This document shows, one piece after another, positions 1 to 9,071 of a DNA stretch of 59,190 nucleotides. Position 1 is the first letter of the stretch. Every line of letters starts with the position of its first letter. The position numbers and the translations under genes are program-made. Source of the DNA: Fibrobacteria bacterium (lineage in GTDB: Bacteria > Fibrobacterota > Fibrobacteria > UBA11236); assembly GCA_041746255.1 (NCBI GenBank), contig JBGTHM010000064.1, forward strand, positions 1-59,190, read 5' to 3'. The notes under the pieces are model-generated. The model had not been told where the DNA came from, did no database searches, and saw only the letters and a program-made list of their open reading frames with translations.

Positions 1-140
1 CGTAGCGAGTCAGGAATGGGGTTCGAAACGGTACCTAAATATGGATTTGCTTAAGGGACACGAACTCCAGGCGCAGGTCGCCTAGTGAGAGTCAGACTCG
101 AGGAGCCGAAATCAAATTGCGAAAGAAACTTGACACTACC
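1..140 (+). mobile_element. Right end of an IS256-family insertion sequence (truncated by window start)
   Basis: Frame 2 (2..85) reads VASQEWGSKRYLNMDLLKGHELQAQVA*, matching the WGxKRYLxMxxL C-terminus of IS256 transposases. It is followed by TTGCGAAAGAAACTTGACACTACC (117-140), an IS256-type terminal inverted repeat. Confidence 0.8.
2..85 (+). CDS. IS256-family transposase, C-terminal fragment (partial)
   Basis: Manual translation; stop TAG at 83-85; too short for the ORF track. Confidence 0.75.
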   Translation, partial: VASQEWGSKRYLNMDLLKGHELQAQVA

Positions 141-347
141 CATCTCGGATGAAATGGCCAGGGAGGTGTGCGACACGAATTAGCAACGCATCATCAAGAA
201 GATTCTATGCAACGGCCTCTTCCTTGCGGGCAAGGGGTTGTTTACATTCTGAAGCGATTTGGGGAAAGCTTTCGGAAAGTCAGCGGGGATACGGGCATGG
301 AAATGTTACGCTACCAGAGAGCGGCAGCTTACAACGGGCGAAGTGTT

Positions 348-1121
348 TTATTTATGATAAAAATTACGATTGATAATTTCACTGGCTTGAATTGAGATTG
401 GCTGGTAAATTTCTGCTGAGCATGGATGAAAATCAATTGGCCATGTAGAGGTCAGTTCGCAAAGCAGCTTTAATTGTAAGGGCGCATCGTTATTGATTCT
501 TTTAACGGTAACCTGAATTGAATTGTGATTCACATTATTTAATAACCAATTAAAATCCTCGTTCAAATATCTAGGGCAATAACCGACAAGGGTGGCTGGA
601 GCATCTGTACGCATAACCAGAGAAAAGGCATCGTGCTTATTTTGAACATCTTTTAATAAAAAGAGTCTCTCTCCAACATTCAATGAGTCGATTCTATTGA
701 TAGTTTCTGGCGTGAGATATTTAATTCCGTTGACAAAAAAAGCCATGATGTATTGGTTTTCAGCGGTCCTTCTGGGCTCTGGAAAAATTGCTAGGGTATC
801 AGTCTCTCTCTTCCCGCCCGTCCTTTCAAGAATTACGATTGGCTCAGCTTCACTTTCATTAAGATCGATCCATTTCAGGAAATCAAAATATTCCGGCCTG
901 TTCTTTTGAATAATTCGATTCCCGAATAAGGGGAAAATATCGGTTGAAAAGTAAACTTGTTCTAAGTTGTTCATCACACCGAAGGGTTTAAAATTTTCAG
1001 AGGCCTTCGCACCCTTTGTATAGAAGAATACGTACTCTAGTCCATCGTAAAGCAGCCTCCCTACTGGAAACCAGTTTCTCGACAAGGGATCCTGCCAGGC
1101 CAAAAATAGTGATTTCATCAT
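348..1121 (-). CDS. HIRAN domain-containing protein
   Basis: N-terminal LFLAWQDPxSRxWFPVGRL; C-terminal HIRAN-like DVQNKHDAFSL...LVGYCPRY; ATGA overlap with the upstream kinase. Confidence 0.8.
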   Translation of the reverse strand: MMKSLFLAWQDPLSRNWFPVGRLLYDGLEYVFFYTKGAKASENFKPFGVMNNLEQVYFSTDIFPLFGNRIIQKNRPEYFDFLKWIDLNESEAEPIVILERTGGKRETDTLAIFPEPRRTAENQYIMAFFVNGIKYLTPETINRIDSLNVGERLFLLKDVQNKHDAFSLVMRTDAPATLVGYCPRYLNEDFNWLLNNVNHNSIQVTVKRINNDAPLQLKLLCELTSTWPIDFHPCSAEIYQPISIQASEIINRNFYHK

Positions 1122-2017
1122 AAACCCAAAATACGTTCTTTATTGGCGAATAAAAGCTTGCACGTGAATTTTTTCTGAATTTCGGTCATGACGCTCCCCG
1201 GAACCATGTTGACTAGGTGCTCGATTTCACCATTATCCAACTCTCTGAGCCTACGAATCCATTCATCCGTTGCTGGGGGATTTCTTTTCTTTGCGACTTT
1301 TAGGGTATCAATGGTTGCCATAGGTCTTGTGCTTGAGAGTGATCCATAGAATCCGCTTAAAGCCCTCTTGGAAAACACTTCTATCGTCCTATTTTTATCT
1401 CTTGTCGTCATGCGTTCTGACCTGGCTTCATCAGTCTCGTTTCGGGCCAAGCTTGACCCATGGTCAAAAGTCGGTGCCAAGTAAACACCCTTATTTGAAT
1501 CGGCAACAATGCCCCAGTTTTCGTGATGCCTGTCCTGGTTTGCCACAAAAGCATCAAGCATTAAATATCCCGGGAATATGTCGTAACCACTTTGTATAAT
1601 TTCATCTGTTTCAAAAGAAGGTGGAGGCAAGAACTCTCCGAACTTAATTAATAATAAAGCTCGCTCAATTGTATGCTGTGTTTGCTTGAATTTTATCCCA
1701 GGGGAATAGTTTTCAATAATGCGGCCCAATAGCTCGTTGGCAAGCACCAATCTTCCAGTTTTTGGCACAAAGTTTGGAGTGATAACTCCTCTTTTGCCCT
1801 GGTATGAGGCTAACTCGTACTCTGCATGCGGAATTTTAAGTAGCCGGCAAATTTCGCAAGCAATCTTTTCTGCCCAATCTTCTCCTGAATGTATGCGGGA
1901 CTCCTTGAATAGGAACTCCTTCCCGGCTGTATCGATAAACCAAAATTTCGGCCTAGCTCCGAGCTGTTCAAGTCCGGTCTTGAAAATATTTTCAACAGGA
2001 TAGACTTTGTATTCCAC
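1118..2017 (-). CDS. HipA-like Ser/Thr kinase (HipA C-terminal domain family)
   Basis: GARPKFW loop, LFKE, EDWAEKIA, catalytic NQDRHHENWG and APTFDHGSSL motifs. Confidence 0.85.
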   Translation of the reverse strand: MEYKVYPVENIFKTGLEQLGARPKFWFIDTAGKEFLFKESRIHSGEDWAEKIACEICRLLKIPHAEYELASYQGKRGVITPNFVPKTGRLVLANELLGRIIENYSPGIKFKQTQHTIERALLLIKFGEFLPPPSFETDEIIQSGYDIFPGYLMLDAFVANQDRHHENWGIVADSNKGVYLAPTFDHGSSLARNETDEARSERMTTRDKNRTIEVFSKRALSGFYGSLSSTRPMATIDTLKVAKKRNPPATDEWIRRLRELDNGEIEHLVNMVPGSVMTEIQKKFTCKLLFANKERILGL

Positions 2018-2237
2018 GATTTATAAAAGTAGAAACTGACTGTCAGAAAATTCATTGTTTTGATATCGACTATTCATGGCGAACGTTTTTTCGATACAAT
2101 CTTAAATAACCATACCCATTCAAAAGTTTAATTGACTGCTACTTTTCCAATTCCTTACAATTTATGCACCCCACCACTTTCTACCTATCCAATCCCCGCA
2201 CCCATTTACTGAAATCACTAAGGACCCTAATCCAGTA

Positions 2238-3329
2238 CTATTCCAACCCATCCCCAACCGGCGCCACCGCCTCCACCCTTTCCAACTCCGCAACCACCCT
2301 CGGAAATAACCTACCCGCCCCGAGAAACACATCCTCCGGCATCCCCAAGGCCCGTTTCAGCCCCACGTCCTGGTCCCACACGTTTTTCAGCTTGCGAATG
2401 CGATGCAATTCCTTCCACTTAATCCGGAACATCGCATACCATGGTGATACCAATGAGGTTTCGATGAGAGGATAGTCCGACCCGTATAAGTAATTTCCGG
2501 CGCAAGATTTACAAGCAAGCACCTTCGCCAAATGCCCGATGCGATTAACCTGGGTAAGCGCCGAAAGGTCGGCGTAGAGATTCGGGTACTTCATAAACAG
2601 CGGCTGCAATCTTTCGTGATTCGGCGCTCCATGCGATTCTCCGCCCGCGCCCGCATGCGCCGCGATTACCGTCACGCCCAGCGATAGAGGTAGCATCAGC
2701 CGTTCCGGGTCCGCCAATTCATCGCGTGCCCAGGTGAATGAACTCTCTTTTCCCGCGTGGGTGAGAAGCGGAAGCCCCAGCTCCACCAGGGTTTGGTAAA
2801 AGGGAATCAATGCGCTGTCGGCGGGGTCGATATCCATGATGGAGGGAATCCATTTTATCAAGTGCGCGCCTTCAGCGGCGTATTGATGTAACAGGGTAAT
2901 GGCATCGCGACGGTAGGGATTGATGCTGGCGCCGAAAAATAGATTCGGATATTTCGCGGTTTCGTGGAGGATGAAATCGTTGGGGATGTAGAGTTCGGTT
3001 TTCTGGGTATCGATGGAGCCCGTCGCATCGATAACTCCGTCCATGGCTAGCACAATTGCGGCATCGATCTCGCGCGACGTCGCCAATTTTTCCGACAGCC
3101 TTTTTACCGTCAGGCCGTCGCCATGCTCCTTCAGTTCGGCTTCGGTTACCCCGAAAGCCTTGAGGTAAATACCGTATTTATAACTGTTTCTCAGGTTATC
3201 CGATACCAAACAGCCGCTGCGACCGTCGCCTATTCCGGCTACATGGGTATGGATGTCGATTATATAGGGTTTTTTGTCCTGCACTGCTTCCGTGCCGGCA
3301 AAGCCCGATTGGGGTAGGAGTAGGAGCAA
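2238..3329 (-). CDS. Metal-dependent amidohydrolase (amidohydrolase_2 family), possibly exported
   Basis: IDIHTH, LLTHAG, IAAHAG and YGSDYP metal-binding motifs; start uncertain. Confidence 0.85.
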   Translation of the reverse strand: MLLLLPQSGFAGTEAVQDKKPYIIDIHTHVAGIGDGRSGCLVSDNLRNSYKYGIYLKAFGVTEAELKEHGDGLTVKRLSEKLATSREIDAAIVLAMDGVIDATGSIDTQKTELYIPNDFILHETAKYPNLFFGASINPYRRDAITLLHQYAAEGAHLIKWIPSIMDIDPADSALIPFYQTLVELGLPLLTHAGKESSFTWARDELADPERLMLPLSLGVTVIAAHAGAGGESHGAPNHERLQPLFMKYPNLYADLSALTQVNRIGHLAKVLACKSCAGNYLYGSDYPLIETSLVSPWYAMFRIKWKELHRIRKLKNVWDQDVGLKRALGMPEDVFLGAGRLFPRVVAELERVEAVAPVGDGLE

Positions 3330-3390
3330 ACCGAAAAGCAGGTTTTTCAGTACACAGCCTTTGGAGAAAACGATGCTTAGACTTCTGCTC

Positions 3391-3762
3391 TCAAATCAAG
3401 GCTTGATATTCGGTCGCAGACAGCAAATCGTCGGGGGTCTTATCCAGCTTTACCTTGATTATCCAACCTTGACCGTAAGGGTCTTGGTTTAGAATGCCCG
3501 CATCCTTGGCCAGGGCCGCGTTGACTTCCGTTACTTCGCCGTTAACCGGCGCGTAAAGTTCGGCCACGGTTTTCACTGCTTCAACCGTACCGAAGCTGGC
3601 TCCGGCGGATAATTTGGCGCCGGGTTTGGGTAATTCTACGAAGACGATGTCGCCCAGTTCGGTTTGGGCATGATCGGTTATGCCGATAACCGCCGTATTA
3701 CCCTCGATACGGGCCCACTCATGATCCTTGGTGTATTTCAATTCCTGAGGTACGCTCGACAT
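3391..3762 (-). CDS. gcvH: Glycine cleavage system H protein
   Basis: YTKDHEW, GITDHAQTELGDIVFVELP, lipoyl-Lys in EAVKTVAE, NQDPYGQGWI. Confidence 0.97.
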   Translation of the reverse strand: MSSVPQELKYTKDHEWARIEGNTAVIGITDHAQTELGDIVFVELPKPGAKLSAGASFGTVEAVKTVAELYAPVNGEVTEVNAALAKDAGILNQDPYGQGWIIKVKLDKTPDDLLSATEYQALI

Positions 3763-3807
3763 GCCTGCTCCTTGTATCCCGCGCGCGGGAAATGTTATCG
3801 GACTTTT

Positions 3808-4530
3808 TTAAAGCCTGTCCAGGGCTCTGCGAAAAAATGCTGCGGCTTGCTGACGCTCGCTGAGGAAACTTTCCCGGCGCAACCTCTCCTCGGCTTCGTT
3901 TTCGGCCCGGAAGAATCGATCCAGATTGTGACAGGCGCCGTTCAACGCCTCCAAGCCTCGCTCAACCTGTTTGCCGGCTTCCGCCAATTCGGTGGGGATT
4001 TCGCCTTTGAGCGAATTGAATCGCGCTTGCAATTTGGAGGCTTCGGCGACGGAACTGGCGGCTACTGAACGCATATATTGGAATTCCTCTTCGGGGAGGT
4101 CGATAAGATTCTGAAGCACCAGGCGGGAGAGGTTGCCTTGCAGACGAGAAGAGGATTCCACCAGGGAACGTAGCCGATTGCGGGCTTCGGCCAACCCGGA
4201 TTGCTGGGCATTTGCTTGCGCCGGAGGTGGGGTTGCAACATCGGTATCGGCGGGCATGATGACGGCTTCCTGCGTAACGGCACGGGTTTGGCGTTCGGCT
4301 GGGGCGGCCGAGCCTGCTCGCGTTCCTCGCTCCGCCTCGGAGGACGCGCCGAACAAGCCTTCGGAGGAGGTCAGCAATCGGGCGGTGTGAAAAACAGAGG
4401 CGCAAAGACATAAAATGGCGAAGAAATAGGATAGGCCTATTCGTGCCGGGCCGCGCGAATTGATAGCGGCTATGAACCCCACCAGGGTTACCGCGTATAA
4501 GAGGGTAATGAGCAGGATTTCTACGTTCAC
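3808..4530 (-). CDS. Hypothetical membrane-anchored protein (two N-terminal TM helices, helical C-terminus)
   Basis: Start re-called to GTG at 4530 with GGAG SD; hydrophobic N-terminus; co-oriented with gcvH. Confidence 0.65.
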   Translation of the reverse strand: MNVEILLITLLYAVTLVGFIAAINSRGPARIGLSYFFAILCLCASVFHTARLLTSSEGLFGASSEAERGTRAGSAAPAERQTRAVTQEAVIMPADTDVATPPPAQANAQQSGLAEARNRLRSLVESSSRLQGNLSRLVLQNLIDLPEEEFQYMRSVAASSVAEASKLQARFNSLKGEIPTELAEAGKQVERGLEALNGACHNLDRFFRAENEAEERLRRESFLSERQQAAAFFRRALDRL

Positions 4531-4658
4531 ATTTAACTCCCCGCAATTTGCACACCAGGCAACTCGTGTTTTTTGCTGGAAAAAGGCTTTCAGGAATATA
4601 AAATAAGGTCCCAGTCCATCCAACCCGCCTTGCCCATTCCATGAAGTAAATTTAATGC

Positions 4659-5999
4659 ATGGATGCGTGGGAACTCCTTGAACCAATCGGCATATTAGGG
4701 TTTGGCGTCGAAGGGGAAAGCACTTGCCGCTACTTGTTGCAACAGGGATACCGGCGAATCGTGGTATTGGATTGTAAACAACCTCAAGAATTGCCGTCCA
4801 GTGTGGAATATGCCGGTGAAGACGATTATCTGGCCCGGCTTCCCCAAATGCGTACCGTCTTCCGATCCGCGGGCGTGCGCCCCGATCTTCCCGAGCTCAT
4901 CGCCTTTAGGGCACGCGGGGGCATCGTTACCTCGCAAGTCGAACACTATCTGGGAAAAACCGCGCGGGAAAACATTTTCGGAGTGACCGGTACCCTCGGC
5001 AAAGGTACCGCCTGTACCTTGCTGGCCTCCATGTTCGCAGCCGCTAACATTCCCTTTCGTTTGGGAGGTAACATTGGCATTCCCGTACTCGACCTGCTTC
5101 CGCCGAAAACCGGCGAGAAGATAATCCTGGAACTTTCCAGCTTCCAACTTAGCACCACCCAGATGAGCCCGGCATATGCGGCCGTGCTACGGACAACCGT
5201 CGAGCACCTCGATTGGCATACGACGCGTGAGGAGTATTGGAAGCATAAATCCAACCTGGTGCGTTTCCAGAAACCGGGGGACGGCTTGGTTTACTGCGCC
5301 GATGCCGAGGGCAGCAGAAACATCGCCGGCAAATCGCCCGCACACCCTATCGCGTATGGCCGAGACCAAGCGATCGATGTCGGGCCCGACAAAATAACCT
5401 GGCGCGAAAGCGGCTTGGAAATCCAGTTGGCGGACATACGCATTAAAGGCGCCTTCAACCTGGAGAATGTCGCCGCGGCCGGTACCCTGGCGCAAATGGC
5501 GGGGGCTCCGCTACAAGCGGTGGTGCAAGGAGCAGGGAATTTTACCGGCCTGGAACATCGGCTGGAATTTGTGCGCGAGTGGAAAGGGCGGGCCTTTTAC
5601 AACGACTCCTATGCCACTCGCCCCGAAGCCACCCAGGGAGCCGTCGAGGCTTTCGCAGCGGAGCTGACCGGAAAGGGTGAGGGCCTCGGCCTTATCCTGG
5701 GTGGTTCGGATAAAAAGGCCGACTTTTCCGAAATGGCTAGACTGCTGGTACGAGCGCCGCATTTACGCGCCGTAGCCCTTATCGGTGAAACCGCCGCCCC
5801 CTTGGAATCCGAATTGCTCCGAAGCGGCTTCCCCGGGCATTTGCGCCGCTTGCCGGGCCTGGAAGAAGCCCTCGGGTATCTCCTTTCCGAAATAGAAAAC
5901 GGCGTGATTCTACTTTCCCCCGCTTGCGCCTCCTTCGGGCTTTTCGCGAATTATAAGGATCGCGGGATGCGCTTCAAAAAACTCGTCATGGCCTTATAA
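4659..5999 (+). CDS. murD: UDP-N-acetylmuramoyl-L-alanine--D-glutamate ligase
   Basis: GVTGTLGKGT P-loop, GGNIG, LELSSFQL, EHRLE, NDSYAT, LLSPACASF. Confidence 0.95.
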   Translation: MDAWELLEPIGILGFGVEGESTCRYLLQQGYRRIVVLDCKQPQELPSSVEYAGEDDYLARLPQMRTVFRSAGVRPDLPELIAFRARGGIVTSQVEHYLGKTARENIFGVTGTLGKGTACTLLASMFAAANIPFRLGGNIGIPVLDLLPPKTGEKIILELSSFQLSTTQMSPAYAAVLRTTVEHLDWHTTREEYWKHKSNLVRFQKPGDGLVYCADAEGSRNIAGKSPAHPIAYGRDQAIDVGPDKITWRESGLEIQLADIRIKGAFNLENVAAAGTLAQMAGAPLQAVVQGAGNFTGLEHRLEFVREWKGRAFYNDSYATRPEATQGAVEAFAAELTGKGEGLGLILGGSDKKADFSEMARLLVRAPHLRAVALIGETAAPLESELLRSGFPGHLRRLPGLEEALGYLLSEIENGVILLSPACASFGLFANYKDRGMRFKKLVMAL

Positions 6000-6102
6000 A
6001 ATGTTGAGGTTGCGGTCGGAACCCCGGTTAGACCCCATTCTCTTCGTTGCTATTTCGAACCAGATGTATAATTTATAGCTCAGGTCGGAAACAATACCAT
6101 CC

Positions 6103-6609
6103 ATGCTGTCGGACGAATACGAAAAAATGATGCTGATTTATCTTTCGAGCCTCGTTGAGGGTCAAGGTTTTCGGACCGTTGAGGATTTGCATCGCTTAAG
6201 TTCCTTCGAGTTACTTAAGCTCGGCGAAAAAGTGGATGACCCCGCGTTGGGGCTCTTCGTGCAATTGTTGAAGCGCTCCCAATCCGGCCTCTCGTTATTC
6301 GAAAAATTGATGGGCGATCACGAGGAGGAGAACCGCGTATTGGTGGACGCATTTTTTTCGCGGTATATGAACGTGGTGCTTTCCAACGAGAATGAGAAGG
6401 AACATTACAATCCCCTGGAAGTGTATTTGCCCCGGCACACGCTCTCCGACCTCGCCTATGTGCAATCGCGCCAACCCTTTTTCCTGCGGCAATCCATCGA
6501 AACTATCAACGAATACCTGGAGGAAGTACTGGATTGCAATACCGAGTTCCAGGCCGGCGAGCAGGAAACCGCCTGGCATTTCTTCTGGGAAAAGGTGATG
6601 GAAAAGTGA
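6103..6609 (+). CDS. Hypothetical protein (acidic, helical) upstream of clpS
   Basis: 168-aa ORF; TATAAT at 6067-6072 upstream; 10-bp gap to clpS. Confidence 0.7.
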   Translation: MLSDEYEKMMLIYLSSLVEGQGFRTVEDLHRLSSFELLKLGEKVDDPALGLFVQLLKRSQSGLSLFEKLMGDHEEENRVLVDAFFSRYMNVVLSNENEKEHYNPLEVYLPRHTLSDLAYVQSRQPFFLRQSIETINEYLEEVLDCNTEFQAGEQETAWHFFWEKVMEK

Positions 6610-6619
6610 GAGTGGAGAA

Positions 6620-6967
6620 ATGAGGAACGACCTTCGTCCCATCTGCGCCACCGAAAAACCGGAGGAGCAAGGGGATGTTTCCACCGAGACCCTGACCAAG
6701 CCCGCCCACAATTATAAAGTCGTGCTCTTTAACGACGAAGAACACACTTATGATTACGTGGTGGAGATGCTTACCTCCGTATGCAAGCTCTCCCGCGATA
6801 ACGCTTTCCGTTGCGCCGTCGAAGTCGACCTGACGGGCAGGACCATTGTCTATTATGGCACCCAAGCCGATTGCGAGAAAGTTTGCTCCCAAATGCTCCG
6901 CTTCGGCCCCGACCACCGGCTTCCCCAAAGCATGTCGTCGATGAGCGCCGAAGTTCAGTCGCATTAA
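6620..6967 (+). CDS. clpS: ATP-dependent Clp protease adaptor ClpS
   Basis: YKVVLFNDEEHTYDYVVEML...AVEVDLTGRTIV ClpS motif. Confidence 0.9.
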   Translation: MRNDLRPICATEKPEEQGDVSTETLTKPAHNYKVVLFNDEEHTYDYVVEMLTSVCKLSRDNAFRCAVEVDLTGRTIVYYGTQADCEKVCSQMLRFGPDHRLPQSMSSMSAEVQSH

Positions 6968-7076
6968 TCCCACTTTTTTGGGCTTTTTTGGTTTATCTAT
7001 CTCCAAATAAATCAGTGATTTAGCCGGTTTTATGGCCCCCCGAAAATTGAAATTGTTGAGAATTTGGAAAATCCGG

Positions 7077-7106
7077 TTGCAAGTATCCACCTTCCCTTGT
7101 TATCTT
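7077..7106 (+). promoter_or_regulatory. Putative sigma70-type promoter for the HU/IHF gene
   Basis: TTGCAA (7077-7082), 18-bp spacer, TGn-TATCTT (7101-7106). Confidence 0.4.
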
Positions 7107-7217
7107 CTCCCCAGTGACCCCAAGATATAGCGTAAGGGTCGCTCCAGCCCCGGCCTTGGCTGGGGTGGAAAATGCCAAAAACGGCTTGTTCGGAAAAATC
7201 GGAAAAGGGAGGTCAAT

Positions 7218-7586
7218 TTGAAGAATGTGACCAAACAGGATCTGGTACAGGAAGCTGCCCGCTCCAGCGGCCATTCTCAGGTGGAAACCAAGGAAGTGGC
7301 GGAGCAATTTCTCCGGGTCATCGGGGAGCATCTGGTAGCCAACGATAGCATCGAAATCCGTGGTTTCGGTACATTCTACAGCAAGTTGCGCAAACCCCGT
7401 CCGGCCCGAAACCCCCGTACCGGCGAGATCTGCCCCTTGGGCCATCGGCGCGTGCCCCTGTTCCGTTTCTCCACCGACGTCAAATCCTCCATCCGCGAGG
7501 TGCCGGAATTGACCGAGGCCGGAAAAGCCCTTTCCGCGGAAGCCTTCGAAACCGCGGTTTCCTACCTCACTCATCCCCAGGTTTAA
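7218..7586 (+). CDS. HU/IHF family DNA-binding protein
   Basis: VTKQDLV, IEIRGFGTF, RPARNPRTGE; TTG start with GGGAGG SD. Confidence 0.93.
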   Translation: MKNVTKQDLVQEAARSSGHSQVETKEVAEQFLRVIGEHLVANDSIEIRGFGTFYSKLRKPRPARNPRTGEICPLGHRRVPLFRFSTDVKSSIREVPELTEAGKALSAEAFETAVSYLTHPQV

Positions 7587-7634
7587 ACCTCCAATAATGG
7601 CAAGGCCGCGCACCGTAATGCTAAACTGCATACG

Positions 7635-9071
7635 GTGTCGGCCCTCAAAAATCCGCTTAACAGCGTCTTAAAGCGTGTTGCCCCGTCGGGCATTTCTTCG
7701 CGAGCGTTTCGGCTGCTTTTAAGCCCCTGCCGTTTATTTCCCTTTTGGTTACCCTGCCTGCTACCCTGGGTATTTCCCGGCTTTTCCCAGGCCGAACCGT
7801 TGCTTTTCATGGGACGGGCCAATGCCGAATTCAGCGGCGCCGTTTCCCACGATTTCACCAAATCACCGTTGGACTATCCCGAGAAACAAGGTCAAGCCCG
7901 CTTCATGTCCAATTTGCCGCTCGATTTTTCCGCGCGTGCGCATGAATACCTGCAAGACATCAATGACTCGACGGTAGTGATGCCGGTTTTTCTCGCCAGC
8001 GTATTCCAACGCATGAACGCGCAAATAGAAGTTTCCGCACCGCTGGGACCGACCACGATTTTTTTCGCCGCCCGCGAAAACGCCGCTTTGAACGTAACGG
8101 GAGGTTTGGGCGACACTCGCTTCAATCTCGATACCACTTTGGAGGAATCAGGATCGCTCCTGCTCAAAGGTGGCATCCATCTCCCCCTCTTGCTCGACAT
8201 GCGCTGGCGGTCTTTAAGTTTCGGATTCACCTTCTCCCCTTCCTCCTATACGCGAGTCGGATTTCAATTGCATAAGCACCTGGTTGCGGCGCGCTTAGCC
8301 GGAAATCTGAAACCGGATTTGTTGGGTCGCCTGGATATCTCCGTCGACGGGGCCAATACCTCGGCGGTGATTGAATATCCCGACGATAGGATTTATGGAT
8401 TGGCGCGTGGAAATTATCGCGGCGAAGCCTGGAGCCCGGAAGTGGCGGTGCGGGTGGGACCTCTTTCCCTGGTGTCGCGCATGGGAGCCCACATTCAGGC
8501 GCGCGGTGATTTCCTGATCGATTACAGCGTTCCCTTTTTCATAGACGCCGAAACCTTCGAGCCTACCGTAAGCGAACCCGATTCATTCTTATCTCCGGAC
8601 AATATCCGGCGCTTCCTCGATTCGGAAGTGAACCGCAAGAGCATTGCCATCAAAGAAGACCTTTGGCTTAATCTTCCGCAGTCGCATACCCTCAAGCTGA
8701 CTTTGTGGAAGGAACGCATCGGGATGTCCTATACCCGTACCATCGGAGACCTATACGCGCGGCATAATCCCACCGTGGAGTGGACGGACGACGACGAGCG
8801 CCTCAATGCCGCCATGAGCCCAGACCATATCACGGTGATGTCCCTGCGTTGGGGCGGGTTCAGTCTCGATGCCGGTGCGCATACCCTAAACGTGGATTAT
8901 AACGGTCGGAAGAACCTGTTGACGGGATTGTTCCCCCTGGAATTCGGAGGCGACCCCTGGGTCCCTATTGTAAATCTCGGAGTAAGTTGGGGCCTCCGTC
9001 CCCGCGTGCATATGCAAATCAACGTGATGCCTTTACCCGCCGTACGCATGGGAGTGAGCCATGCGATTTAG
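7635..9071 (+). CDS. Hypothetical exported / outer-membrane beta-rich protein
   Basis: Signal-peptide-like ...LLPWVFPGFSQA; alternating beta-strand pattern; stop overlaps the next start. True start probably lies downstream of 7635. Confidence 0.6.
   Translation: MSALKNPLNSVLKRVAPSGISSRAFRLLLSPCRLFPFWLPCLLPWVFPGFSQAEPLLFMGRANAEFSGAVSHDFTKSPLDYPEKQGQARFMSNLPLDFSARAHEYLQDINDSTVVMPVFLASVFQRMNAQIEVSAPLGPTTIFFAARENAALNVTGGLGDTRFNLDTTLEESGSLLLKGGIHLPLLLDMRWRSLSFGFTFSPSSYTRVGFQLHKHLVAARLAGNLKPDLLGRLDISVDGANTSAVIEYPDDRIYGLARGNYRGEAWSPEVAVRVGPLSLVSRMGAHIQARGDFLIDYSVPFFIDAETFEPTVSEPDSFLSPDNIRRFLDSEVNRKSIAIKEDLWLNLPQSHTLKLTLWKERIGMSYTRTIGDLYARHNPTVEWTDDDERLNAAMSPDHITVMSLRWGGFSLDAGAHTLNVDYNGRKNLLTGLFPLEFGGDPWVPIVNLGVSWGLRPRVHMQINVMPLPAVRMGVSHAI

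Noticed and set aside
149..395. Two short plus-strand ORFs after the IS end
   Set aside because: No recognisable motifs, and they overlap the HIRAN 3' end; probably spurious.
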